Positions 37,432-46,697 are shown, numbered from the stretch's first letter. The stretch: DNA of 64,000 bases from Phycisphaerae bacterium (GCA_050115495.1 JASFQK010000016.1:32001-96000), one strand, 5' to 3'. The notes: generated by a model not told the origin, from the sequence alone. Made by a program: numbers and translations.

Positions 37432-39252
37432 ATGAGCAAGACGATTATTGAGAAGATCATCGCCAGCCACGCCGGCCACGACGTTCGGCCCGGCGATATT
37501 GTGGATGTTCGTATCGACGCCCGGGTGGCCCGCGATTTCGGCGGAGCCAACGTGGTCAAGAACATCGAGCAGGCCGAGCTCGGTATCGCCGACCCGGCGT
37601 GCACGTACTTCACGTTCGACTGCAACCCCGGTGGCTCGGACCAGAAGTACGCCGCCAACCAGCAGACGTGCCGCCAGTACGCTCGCCGACAGGGCATCCG
37701 CCTCTGCGACGTGGACGCCGGCATCGGCACGCACCTGGCGATGGAACTGGGGTTCGTCGGGCCGGGGCAGACACTCGTCTCGACCGACTCGCACGCGAAC
37801 ATCATGGGCGCGATCGGCGCGTTCGGGCAGGGCATGGGCGACCAGGACATCGCCCATGCGTTCGCCCACGGCACCGTATGGTTCAAGATCCCGCCCACGC
37901 AGCGCATCCGGCTGACCGGGCAGCCGTCCAAGGCGGCGACGCCGAAGGATGTGGCGTTGGCGCTCTGCCGGCACTTCGGGGCGAACGGGTTGCTGGGCTA
38001 TGCGGCGGAGTTGTACGGGCCGTACGTGGACGGGCTGGACGTCGCCGGCCGGGTGACGCTGGCTTCGATGTGCACGGAGATGGGCGGGATCATCCTGATG
38101 CTGCCGCCGAATGAGGCCGTGCTGGACTTCTGCCGCGAGGCCTGCGGGCGTGAGCTGGAGCCGGTCTACGCCGACAAGGACGCGGTCTATGCGGAAGAGG
38201 TGGAGATCGATCTGAGCGGTCTGGAGCCGCTGGTGGCGCGGCCCGGGCAGCCGGAGGACGTGGTGCCCCTGTCGGAAGTGGCGGGGACGAAGATCGACTC
38301 GGCGTTCATCGGTTCGTGCACGAACGGGCGGTTCGAGGATATCGCCGCCGCGGCGCGGATTCTGAAGGGTCGGCACGTGGCGCCGGGCGTCGTGCTGAAG
38401 ATCGTGCCGGCGACGGACGGTGTTTGGCGGCGGCTGCTCGATGAGGGGTTGCTGCGCGTGCTGAAGGAGGCCGGGGCGCTCGTGGGGAACGCGGGTTGTG
38501 CGGGTTGTGCCGCCGGCCAGATCGGTCAGAACGGTCCGGGTGAGGTCACGGTGAGCACGGGCAACCGCAACTTCCCCGGCAAGCAGGGCAAGGGCAGCGT
38601 CTACCTGGCGTCGCCGGAGACGGCGGCGGCTTCGGCCATCGCCGGCGTTATCGCTGCCAGCGACCGGATGCCGGCGGAAGTGGCCACGTTCGCGGCGGCG
38701 CGGGCGCCGGCTTCGCGGCCGGCGGCGGCTGCGGCGGCCCGGGCGGTGGCGCGGTTCCGGCCGACGAAGCTGCGCGGCCGGGTGTGGCGAGTCGGGCGCG
38801 ACAACATCGACACGGACATGATCTATCACAACCGCCATCTGGCCGTCACCGATGCCCGTGAGATGGGGCAGTACGCGTTCGGCAACCTGCCCGACTGGGA
38901 GGATTTCCCGCAGAAGGTCCAGGCCGGCGACATCATCATCACGGGGCGGAACTTCGGCTGCGGCAGCTCGCGGCAGCAGGCGGTCGATTGCTTCCAGACG
39001 CTGGGCGTGTCGGCAATCATCGCCGAGTCGTTCGGGGCGATCTACGAGCGCAACGCGATCAACGCTGGCCTGGCCATCATGACCGCTGGCGTGGAAGCGT
39101 CCGGGCTGGCCACGGGCGATGAGATCGAGGTGGACCTGGAAACGGGTCTCATTCGGCGGCCGGCGGACGGGATGGAAGTTCAGGGCGAGCCGCTGTCGAC
39201 GGCGCAGATGGCGATCTATCAGCGTGGCGGGTTGCTGGTGCGCGTGGCCTGA
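37432..39252 (+). CDS. Fused LeuC/LeuD-type aconitase-family dehydratase
   Basis: STDSHAN, IGSCTNGR, GCAGC, TGNRNFPGK; Ala-rich linker; NIDTDMI, NFGCGSSRQQA. Confidence 0.9.
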   Translation: MSKTIIEKIIASHAGHDVRPGDIVDVRIDARVARDFGGANVVKNIEQAELGIADPACTYFTFDCNPGGSDQKYAANQQTCRQYARRQGIRLCDVDAGIGTHLAMELGFVGPGQTLVSTDSHANIMGAIGAFGQGMGDQDIAHAFAHGTVWFKIPPTQRIRLTGQPSKAATPKDVALALCRHFGANGLLGYAAELYGPYVDGLDVAGRVTLASMCTEMGGIILMLPPNEAVLDFCREACGRELEPVYADKDAVYAEEVEIDLSGLEPLVARPGQPEDVVPLSEVAGTKIDSAFIGSCTNGRFEDIAAAARILKGRHVAPGVVLKIVPATDGVWRRLLDEGLLRVLKEAGALVGNAGCAGCAAGQIGQNGPGEVTVSTGNRNFPGKQGKGSVYLASPETAAASAIAGVIAASDRMPAEVATFAAARAPASRPAAAAAARAVARFRPTKLRGRVWRVGRDNIDTDMIYHNRHLAVTDAREMGQYAFGNLPDWEDFPQKVQAGDIIITGRNFGCGSSRQQAVDCFQTLGVSAIIAESFGAIYERNAINAGLAIMTAGVEASGLATGDEIEVDLETGLIRRPADGMEVQGEPLSTAQMAIYQRGGLLVRVA

Positions 39253-39309
39253 CGCCGACCGTTCGCGATACCGTCCAGAGCCGAAGAACACGTGCGAGGG
39301 TCGATCGTC

Positions 39310-40683
39310 ATGGGAACCGTCACGGAAACGTTGGCTCGCTGGGCGGCGGAACTCGAATGGGATGACCTCACGCCGGAGGCCATCGACGCCGCCAAGCTCT
39401 TCCTCTACGACTCGCTCGGCTGTGCGCTCGGTGGTTATCAGACGGCCGACGTCAAGATCTACCTCGAACACACGCTCGACCTCGGCGGGAACGAGGCGTG
39501 CACGCTGATCGGTTCGGGTCGGCGGACCAGCCCGAGCATCGCCGCCCTCGGCAACGCCCTCATGATCCGGGCGCTCGACTACAACGACATCTACTGGAAG
39601 CAGGACCCGTCGCACCCGAGCGACCTGATCCCCGCCGCCACCGGCTTCGCCGAACGCGACCACCGGGCCGGTAAGGACCTCATCACGGCGATCGTGCTGG
39701 CGTATGAGATCGAGATGCGGCTGTGCGAATTTGCCGTCCCGGGCATTCGCGAGCGCGGCTGGCACCACGCGACGTTGACGGCCATCGCGGCACCGATCGT
39801 CGCCGGCTGGATGCTGGGGTTGTCGTGGCGGCAGATGCAGCATTCGATCGGTATCTCCGCGTGTCACCAGGCGACGTTCGGCGCCGCCGTCGCCGGCAAG
39901 CTGACCATGATGAAGAACACGGTCGATCCGCTGGCAACGCAGGGTGGGGTCGAGGCGGCTATGCTGGCCCGGCGGGGCTACACGGGGCCGGAGGGCGTGC
40001 TCGACGGGAAAGAGGGGCTGATGCACTGCCTCGGCCCGGAGTGGGATCTCGGCAAGCTGACCGACGGGCTCGGCGATCGGTTCAAGATCGCGGATTGCGG
40101 GATGAAGTCGTATCCGGTCGAGGCCCTGATGCACTCGCCGCTGTCGGCGACGCTGCACCTGGTGCACGAGCACGGGTTGCGGGCGGAGGACGTGCAGGAG
40201 GTGCTCGTCGAGAGCATCGCCCGGGCGGCGGATATCCTCTCCGATCCGGCGAAGTACGACCCGCAGAGTCGCGAATCCGCCGACCATAGCCTGCCGTACA
40301 GCATCGCCGCCGCCTTGGCCGAGGGGCGGGTGACGCCGGTGGAGTTCACGGAGGAGAAGCTCTGGGACGAGCGGCTGCGGGCGCAGATGAAGAAGGTGCG
40401 GGTGGTGGCGAACGAGGAGTTCGAGCGGGCCTTCCCGGCGAGGCAGTGCGCGCGGGTGACGATCACGCTGGCGGATGGGCGGAAGGTGACGCGGCAGGTG
40501 GACGTGCCCAAGGGCGACCCGCGCGACCCGATGACGCCGGACGAGGTGCAGACGAAGTTCGACGCGCTGGCGGATCCGGTGATGAGTGCGTCGCGGCGGT
40601 TGGCACTGAAGGATGCGGTGTTCGGGTTGGAGCGGGAGGAGGATTGCGCCCGGCTCCTGCAACTCTGCGCGGCCGACCGCTGA
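39310..40683 (+). CDS. MmgE/PrpD family dehydratase
   Basis: RALDYND.Y....SHPSD, GWHH, KSYPVEALMHSP, SRESADHSLPY, PKGDPRDPM. Confidence 0.92.
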   Translation: MGTVTETLARWAAELEWDDLTPEAIDAAKLFLYDSLGCALGGYQTADVKIYLEHTLDLGGNEACTLIGSGRRTSPSIAALGNALMIRALDYNDIYWKQDPSHPSDLIPAATGFAERDHRAGKDLITAIVLAYEIEMRLCEFAVPGIRERGWHHATLTAIAAPIVAGWMLGLSWRQMQHSIGISACHQATFGAAVAGKLTMMKNTVDPLATQGGVEAAMLARRGYTGPEGVLDGKEGLMHCLGPEWDLGKLTDGLGDRFKIADCGMKSYPVEALMHSPLSATLHLVHEHGLRAEDVQEVLVESIARAADILSDPAKYDPQSRESADHSLPYSIAAALAEGRVTPVEFTEEKLWDERLRAQMKKVRVVANEEFERAFPARQCARVTITLADGRKVTRQVDVPKGDPRDPMTPDEVQTKFDALADPVMSASRRLALKDAVFGLEREEDCARLLQLCAADR

Positions 40684-40827
40684 CCGCTCGCCCCCGCCTC
40701 GTTGCCTGGTTGCCTCGTTGTCTTCTTCCGTTTGCTTTGTCCTCCCCGAAACGCTACGCTGAGAATTCGGTTGGCGGTGAGCAGATCCTGCACCGCCCGC
40801 AGGGGGCCCGCTCAGAGGAGGGTGACC

Positions 40828-42135
40828 ATGTCCGCACTGCGCGACGGGCAGCGAACAGACGATTCCGGGGCGGCCGCAGGGACACTCCCGACAGCCAGCC
40901 GGGCGCTGCGCCACGTCGCGGCGGTCGAGGAGAAGGTGTTCGAGCTTTACGACCGCATGCTCGGCGACGTACACATTCCGCGTGTTCTGCGCGATGTTGC
41001 CGACGTGGTCTGCCAGGACCTAGGGGCCGAACGGGCCTCGGTCTACCTGATTGACAAGGCCACCCAGGAGCTCGAGTCGGTGGCGGTGATTGGCAACGTT
41101 GCCCAGACCATCCGCGTGCCGATCTCGGCGGCGTCGCTCGCCGGCTACTGCGCCCTCCGCGGGCGTACGTTCGTCGTGCCCGACGCCTATGGCGATCTGA
41201 GCGGGATCGACCCGGCGTTGTGTTTCGACCGCAGTTGGGACCGCAGGAACGACTTCCGCACGCGCGACGTCATGTGCGCCCCCGCCCTGTTCAAGGGCGA
41301 GGTGATGGGCGTCGTGCAGGTCATGAACAGCACCGGCCGCCCGTTCGATTCATCAGATCTCCTTCCCCTGCGCACCATCTCGCGGGTCATCGGCTACGCC
41401 CTGTACCACGCCCGCCTCTACGACGACCTCGCCACGCTCAAGCAGCTCGAGAAGGAGAAGGCCGGCTTCATTCGGATCATGGTGCACGAGCTGAAGTCCC
41501 CCGTCGCCGCCGCCAAGATGCTGGCTGACGCTTTGGCCGATCACGACCACATCGTCGGCTCCGAAGTGGCCCCAGTGACCGCCCGCATCTCCGAGCGCAT
41601 GGGTCAGCTCATGGACATGATCGGCGACCTGCTGCACCTCGCCCGGGTCCGGTCGGGCGAGCCGCTCGGCGAGATCGCCACGATCGACCTCGTCTCCGAG
41701 ACGCGGACGGTCTGCGAGACCCAGCGCGAGAGCGCCCAGCACAAGAAGCTTGATTGGTCGCTCACGCTTCCCGATCAGCCGTTGCCCGTCCGTTGCGACG
41801 CGCAGGGTTACCGGCTGGTCGTCTCCAACCTCGCCTCGAACGGCATCAAGTACACCACGACCGGCTTCGTCCGCGTCAGCCTTCGGCGCGAGGAGTCCTG
41901 GGCCGTCCTGGAGGTGAGCGACAGTGGCATCGGTATCCCCGAGGCCGACGTCCCCAAGCTGTTCCAGGAGTTCTTCCGTGCCAGCAACGCTCGCCGGCAG
42001 CGCATCGAGGGCAGCGGTGTCGGTCTGGCCGGCGCCAAGGCGATCGTCGAACGTTTCGGCGGCACGTTCGCCCTGAAGACGCGCGAGAACGAAGGAACCA
42101 CCTTTGCCGTCCGCCTGCCCCTTTCCACTACCTGA
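40828..42135 (+). CDS. GAF-domain sensor histidine kinase
   Basis: GAF motif FDRSWD..NDFRTRDVMC; HELKSP; NLASNGIKY, DSGIGI, GVGLA. Confidence 0.9.
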   Translation: MSALRDGQRTDDSGAAAGTLPTASRALRHVAAVEEKVFELYDRMLGDVHIPRVLRDVADVVCQDLGAERASVYLIDKATQELESVAVIGNVAQTIRVPISAASLAGYCALRGRTFVVPDAYGDLSGIDPALCFDRSWDRRNDFRTRDVMCAPALFKGEVMGVVQVMNSTGRPFDSSDLLPLRTISRVIGYALYHARLYDDLATLKQLEKEKAGFIRIMVHELKSPVAAAKMLADALADHDHIVGSEVAPVTARISERMGQLMDMIGDLLHLARVRSGEPLGEIATIDLVSETRTVCETQRESAQHKKLDWSLTLPDQPLPVRCDAQGYRLVVSNLASNGIKYTTTGFVRVSLRREESWAVLEVSDSGIGIPEADVPKLFQEFFRASNARRQRIEGSGVGLAGAKAIVERFGGTFALKTRENEGTTFAVRLPLSTT

Positions 42136-42296
42136 CACCCCTGTTTCGACGCGGTGGGGCCGACGCGGCCGGCGTGGGGGGATTTGGCAGGGTGGGGGGG
42201 AGCGTCTACACTGGTGTGTTTACGGCCGGGCCTCGGTTTCGGTCCATGTCAATCCCGAACGAAGGCGCCCGGCACGCGATTGGTGGAGAGGCGAGC

Positions 42297-43496
42297 GTGG
42301 AGACGACGAAGACGGCTGAGGCGGGACGGCGGGGGACGGATGTCCGTTCGGATTGCTGGGTACAGGTGACACTGGCCGGCCGCGTCGGGATCGACCTCAA
42401 GCTCAAGACGAAGGTCGAGTCGATGTACGGGGCGGCGACACGCGAGCTGGTGACGAAGGTCCTGGCCGCGCTGGGCGTCACCGCCGGCACGGTGGAGATG
42501 GAAGACGCCGGCGCGCTGCCGCTGGTCATCACGGCGCGGATCGAGGCCGCCGTGCGGCGGCTGGGGCTGGACGTCGGCGACGGCTATCTGCCGGAGTTCG
42601 AGCCGCACGCCCAATACGCGACGCAGCGAGATCGGCTGCGGCGGTCGCGGTTGTACCTACCCGGCAACGAGTCGAAGTTCATGCTCAACGCCGGTCTGCA
42701 CCATCCGGACGGCGTGATTCTCGACCTGGAGGATAGCGTCGCGCTGGCTGTGAAGGACGAAGCCCGGCTGATGGTGCGGAACGCGCTGCGGACGATCGAC
42801 TTCTGCGGTTCCGAGCGCATGGTGCGGATCAACCAGGGCCAGCGCGGGCTCGAAGACCTTGAGTTCATCGTGCCGCACAACGTGCACGTGGTGCTCATTC
42901 CGAAGGTCGAATCGCCGGACCAGGTCCGCGAGGTCGACGCCCGCATCGCCGAGATTCTGAAGAAGCGGGGGATCGAGCAGACCGTGTACCTGATGCCGAT
43001 TGTGGAGAGCGCGCTCGGGGCGATTCGGGCGTACGAGATCGCGACGGCCTCGAAGAACATCTGCGCGCTGACGATCGGCCTCGAAGATTATACGGCCGAC
43101 CTGGGCACGCAGCGCACCGATGAAGGGCGCGAGAGCTTCTGGGCCCGCTGCCAGGTGGTCAACGCCGCCCGGGCGGCCGGCGTGCAGCCGATCGACACGG
43201 TGTACTCGGACGTGAGCGACATGGCTGGCCTGCGGGCCAGCGTGCTAGAGGCGAAGGGGCTCGGGTTCGACGGCAAAGGGTGCATCCACCCGCGGCAGAT
43301 TCCGGTGATCCACGAGGCGTTCGCGCCGGCGCCGGCGGAGTTGGAGAAGGCGCAGAAGATCGTCGCGGCGTTCGAGGAAGCGCAGGCCAAGGGGCTCGCC
43401 GCGGTGTCGCTGGGCAGCAAGATGATCGATCCGCCGGTGGTGAAGCGCGCGCAGCGCGTGGTGGCGTTGGCGCGGACGATGGGGCTTGTGTCGTAG
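42297..43496 (+). CDS. Citrate lyase ACP (CitD)-beta subunit (CitE) fusion
   Basis: N-terminal CitD-like region (SDC.V, YG, DAGAL..VITARIEAAV); CitE region RRSRLYLPGN, LDLEDSV, VRIN, IVESA, GLEDY, GKGCIHPRQ. Confidence 0.88.
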   Translation: METTKTAEAGRRGTDVRSDCWVQVTLAGRVGIDLKLKTKVESMYGAATRELVTKVLAALGVTAGTVEMEDAGALPLVITARIEAAVRRLGLDVGDGYLPEFEPHAQYATQRDRLRRSRLYLPGNESKFMLNAGLHHPDGVILDLEDSVALAVKDEARLMVRNALRTIDFCGSERMVRINQGQRGLEDLEFIVPHNVHVVLIPKVESPDQVREVDARIAEILKKRGIEQTVYLMPIVESALGAIRAYEIATASKNICALTIGLEDYTADLGTQRTDEGRESFWARCQVVNAARAAGVQPIDTVYSDVSDMAGLRASVLEAKGLGFDGKGCIHPRQIPVIHEAFAPAPAELEKAQKIVAAFEEAQAKGLAAVSLGSKMIDPPVVKRAQRVVALARTMGLVS

Positions 43497-43606
43497 GCTG
43501 GGTGGACGGACGGGTTCCAGGACGACGCCCGAGGAGACGACCATGGTTTCGCGCTTGATGGCGGCGGCGAAGACGTCTGGGTGCCGGGTGCCGCGGGGAA
43601 CGCAGC

Positions 43607-43792
43607 GGTGTGCCACTGCTCTTGAGCAGTGCTCGCGGTTTGCCGAGACAACGCGTGAGTGTCGACAAGCGACGGCCGACACGGAGGTCGGCTGCTACGC
43701 GTTCGACGTCGGCCACGGGGGGCCGACGCTACAAGACGGCCGACACGGAGGTCGGCCGCGACAAGACGTCCGGTACGGAGCCCGGACGCTAC
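43607..43792. repeat. REP cluster: one GTGCCAC palindrome plus four tandem GTAG hairpins
   Basis: 43607-43631; minus-strand GTAG units at 43671-43698, 43703-43732, 43735-43762 and 43765-43792. Confidence 0.88.
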
Positions 43793-43806
43793 GGGACGTT
43801 CGGACG

Positions 43807-45021
43807 GTGCTGGCGGTTTTGTTGTGCGCGGTGTTGGCGGGGTGTGCGGCGCCGGGAGCGCGGGAGGCTACGCCGCCGACGGGGCCGGCGATCAGCGAAT
43901 GCTGTGCTGCTGTACAGCAGCGGTTGGCCGGATTCTGCACGCAACGGGACATTCCTGGCGCGACGTGCGCGTTCGTGCTGCCGGACGGGCGGCTGGGGGC
44001 GGTGGCGGTCGGCGTGTCCAGCCGGACGACCGGGCAGGCCATGGAGCCGACCAATCGCATGCTCGCCGGCAGCGTCGGAAAGACGTTCGTGGCGGCGGTG
44101 CTACTTCAGCTTCACGCCGAGGGACGCGTCGATCTGGACGAGAAGATCAGCCACTGGCTCGGGCAGGAGGCGTGGTTCGCACGGCTGCCGAACGGGCCGG
44201 GCATCACGCTGCGCATGCTGCTGAACCACACGAGCGGGCTCGAAGAGTATTACCCGATGGAGGGATTCATCAACGCCGTGTCCGCCGACTTGCAGCGGGC
44301 CTGGCAGCCGGGTGAGCGCATCGCGTACATCCTCGACCGCCCGGCGCTGTTCCCCGCTGGCCAGGGCTGGTCCTACGCCGACACGAACTTCCTGCTCGTC
44401 GGCATGATCATCGAGAAGGTGACCGGCCGGACGTACTATGAGGAGCTGACGCGGCGGATTCTGCGGCCGCGCGATTTGCAGGACACGATTCCGTCGGACC
44501 GCAACCCGCTGCCCGGCTTGGTCAGCGGCTACACGACGCCGGATCATCCGTTCCCCGTCCCCGCGGAGATCACGAAGGACGGCTTCGTGGCGATGAACCC
44601 GCAGATGGAATGGACCGGCGGCGGCGTGCTGAGCAACGCTCCGGACTTGGCTCGCTGGGCCCGGATGCTGTACGCGGGCGACGTTCTGCCGCCGGCGGAG
44701 AGGACGCTCATGCTCGCCGGCGTGCCGACGCAGCGCTGGCCGAACGTGGACTACGGCCTGGGCGTGCTGATTCGGCGAACGCCGCACGGCATCGTGTACG
44801 GACACAGCGGCTGGTTCCCCGGCTACATCACGATGATGGGCTGGTACGCCGGCCACGAGCTGGCTCTGGCGGTGCAGTTCAACAGCGACGTTGGCATGTC
44901 TTCGGAGGCGCTGTCGGGGCTGACCGATGATCTGGCCGGCGTGCTCCTGGCCAAACTGAGTGGTCTGACGGCTCAGCAGCGGGCTGCACTGCGTGCCGCT
45001 GATGGCGGCCTTGGGCAGTGA
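43807..45021 (+). CDS. Serine hydrolase (beta-lactamase-related / S12) lipoprotein
   Basis: Lipobox LAGC; GSVGKT (SxxK), LLNHTSG, WSYADTN, GHSG. Start uncertain. Confidence 0.85.
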   Translation: MLAVLLCAVLAGCAAPGAREATPPTGPAISECCAAVQQRLAGFCTQRDIPGATCAFVLPDGRLGAVAVGVSSRTTGQAMEPTNRMLAGSVGKTFVAAVLLQLHAEGRVDLDEKISHWLGQEAWFARLPNGPGITLRMLLNHTSGLEEYYPMEGFINAVSADLQRAWQPGERIAYILDRPALFPAGQGWSYADTNFLLVGMIIEKVTGRTYYEELTRRILRPRDLQDTIPSDRNPLPGLVSGYTTPDHPFPVPAEITKDGFVAMNPQMEWTGGGVLSNAPDLARWARMLYAGDVLPPAERTLMLAGVPTQRWPNVDYGLGVLIRRTPHGIVYGHSGWFPGYITMMGWYAGHELALAVQFNSDVGMSSEALSGLTDDLAGVLLAKLSGLTAQQRAALRAADGGLGQ

Positions 45022-45089
45022 TCGAGAGTCTGTCGCAGGTTTCGCTCTCTTCGTGGGCGATTGACTGCTGGTGATTGAGGATTCCCCAC

Positions 45090-46697
45090 ATGGCAGAGAA
45101 GGTCGAGCTCGTCAAGAACGCCGTCGGGCGTATGGTTCCGACGGTCGTCAACGGTCAGAAGCAGGTTCCGTTTCAGGGCGTGGGCAAGTATCGGCCCGAT
45201 GGTCGTAAGGCTGCTCCGCCGGTGCGGACGTGCAATGACTATCCCGCCGACGGGAACAAGGTCGTGGCCAACGCCCAGGCGGCCGGTGGCGGCGACCGGG
45301 CCAACATCGAGGCCCTGAAGACGGCCCTGAAGAACGCCGGCATCCGCAACGGCATGCGGATCAGCTCGCACCACCATTTCCGCAACGGCGACCGCATCGG
45401 CGTGCCGCTGTTCACCGCCGCCGCCGAGCTGGGCGTGAAAGACCTGATCTGGTTCCCGAGCGCGTGTTTCCCGTGCCATGCGCCGTTGATCGACCTGCTC
45501 GAATCGGGCGTGCTGCAACGCGTCGAGGGTTCGATGAACGGGCCGATTGGCGACTACTGCTCGACGGGGAAGATGCGCGGCTTGGGCGTGCTGCGTTCGC
45601 ACGGCGGCCGGTGGCAGGCCGTGCAGGATGGCGAGGTGCACATCGACATCGCCGTCCTGGCCGCTCCGAGCTGTGATTCGTTCGGCAATGCCAACGGCGT
45701 GAACGGGCCGTCGGCGTGTGGCGGGCTGGGGTTCGGGCTGGTGGATTCGCTCTACGCCGACCATGTGATCGCGGTCACGGACAACCTCGTGCCGTTCCCG
45801 TGTCTGCCATGGCAGATTCAGGGCAACAACGTCGACCAGGTTGTGGTGATGGACCGCATCGGCGATCCGGAGAAGATCGTCTCGGGCACGACGCAGCTTA
45901 CCAAGAGCCCGGATCGGCTGATGATCGCCGAGATGGCCGCGCAGTTCGTGCGCGAAGCCGGCATCATGAAGGACGGCTTCAGCTTCCAGGCCGGCGCGGG
46001 CGGAACGACGCTTGGGTTCGCCATCTACCTGAAGGAATACATGAAGCAGGCCGGCGTGAAGGCCCGCTTCATTCGCGGCGGCAGCACGAAATACCTCGTC
46101 GAGATGCTCGAAGAGGGGCTGACCGACTACATCCTCGACGGGCAGACGTTCGACCTGGACGGCGTGCGCAGCATGCGCGACAACCCGCGGCACCAGGATA
46201 CCAGCCCGTTCACCAGCTATAGCTGGCACGGCAAGGGCTGCTTCGCCACGTTCCTCGATGCGGTCGTGCTGGGAGCGACCGAGGTTGACGTGAACTTCAA
46301 CGCCAACGTCGTGACGCACTCCGACGGGCGGCTGCTGCACGGCATTGGCGGGTGGCAGAACTGCCTGAGCGGGCGCTGCGTGATCCTGCCGATTCCCTCG
46401 GTCCGCGACCGGATTCCGGTCATCATGGACGAGGTGACGACGGTCGTGGGTCCGGGCGAGATGATCGACGTGATCGTGTGCGAGCGGGGCATCGCCATCA
46501 ACCCGCGGCGGCAGGATCTGCGCGACGCCGTCGCCGGCAGCAAGCTGCCGATCCGACCGATCGAGGAGATCAAGGCCGAGGTGGACCGCATGTGCGGCGG
46601 TGCACCGGCCAAGCCGCGTCTGAAAGACCAGGTCATCGCGGCGATCAAGTGGGTGGACGGGACGGTGATCGACTGCGTACGGGCCGTGGAGGGGTAG
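45090..46697 (+). CDS. citF: Citrate lyase alpha subunit (CoA-transferase)
   Basis: SSHHHFRNGD, RSHGGR, GPSACGGLG, GDPEKIVSG, FQAGAGG, FNANVVTHSDG, ERGIAINPRR. Confidence 0.93.
   Translation: MAEKVELVKNAVGRMVPTVVNGQKQVPFQGVGKYRPDGRKAAPPVRTCNDYPADGNKVVANAQAAGGGDRANIEALKTALKNAGIRNGMRISSHHHFRNGDRIGVPLFTAAAELGVKDLIWFPSACFPCHAPLIDLLESGVLQRVEGSMNGPIGDYCSTGKMRGLGVLRSHGGRWQAVQDGEVHIDIAVLAAPSCDSFGNANGVNGPSACGGLGFGLVDSLYADHVIAVTDNLVPFPCLPWQIQGNNVDQVVVMDRIGDPEKIVSGTTQLTKSPDRLMIAEMAAQFVREAGIMKDGFSFQAGAGGTTLGFAIYLKEYMKQAGVKARFIRGGSTKYLVEMLEEGLTDYILDGQTFDLDGVRSMRDNPRHQDTSPFTSYSWHGKGCFATFLDAVVLGATEVDVNFNANVVTHSDGRLLHGIGGWQNCLSGRCVILPIPSVRDRIPVIMDEVTTVVGPGEMIDVIVCERGIAINPRRQDLRDAVAGSKLPIRPIEEIKAEVDRMCGGAPAKPRLKDQVIAAIKWVDGTVIDCVRAVEG

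Noticed and set aside
37423..40974. 1183-aa minus-strand ORF and similar long antisense ORFs (e.g. 13226-15163, 49197-50960)
   Set aside because: These are shadow frames of well-supported opposite-strand genes in GC-rich DNA and carry no motifs.
43671..43792. CRISPR array
   Set aside because: The units are hairpin variants with 2-4 bp linkers; there are no unique spacers and no cas genes.
43486..43806. N-terminal extension of the serine hydrolase ORF
   Set aside because: It is read-through across REP repeats (the VGHGGPTL peptide also appears in ORFs at other REP sites); the real signal peptide starts later.
43807..45021. Antibiotic-resistance beta-lactamase
   Set aside because: The motifs fit the broad serine hydrolase/peptidase family; substrate cannot be inferred.
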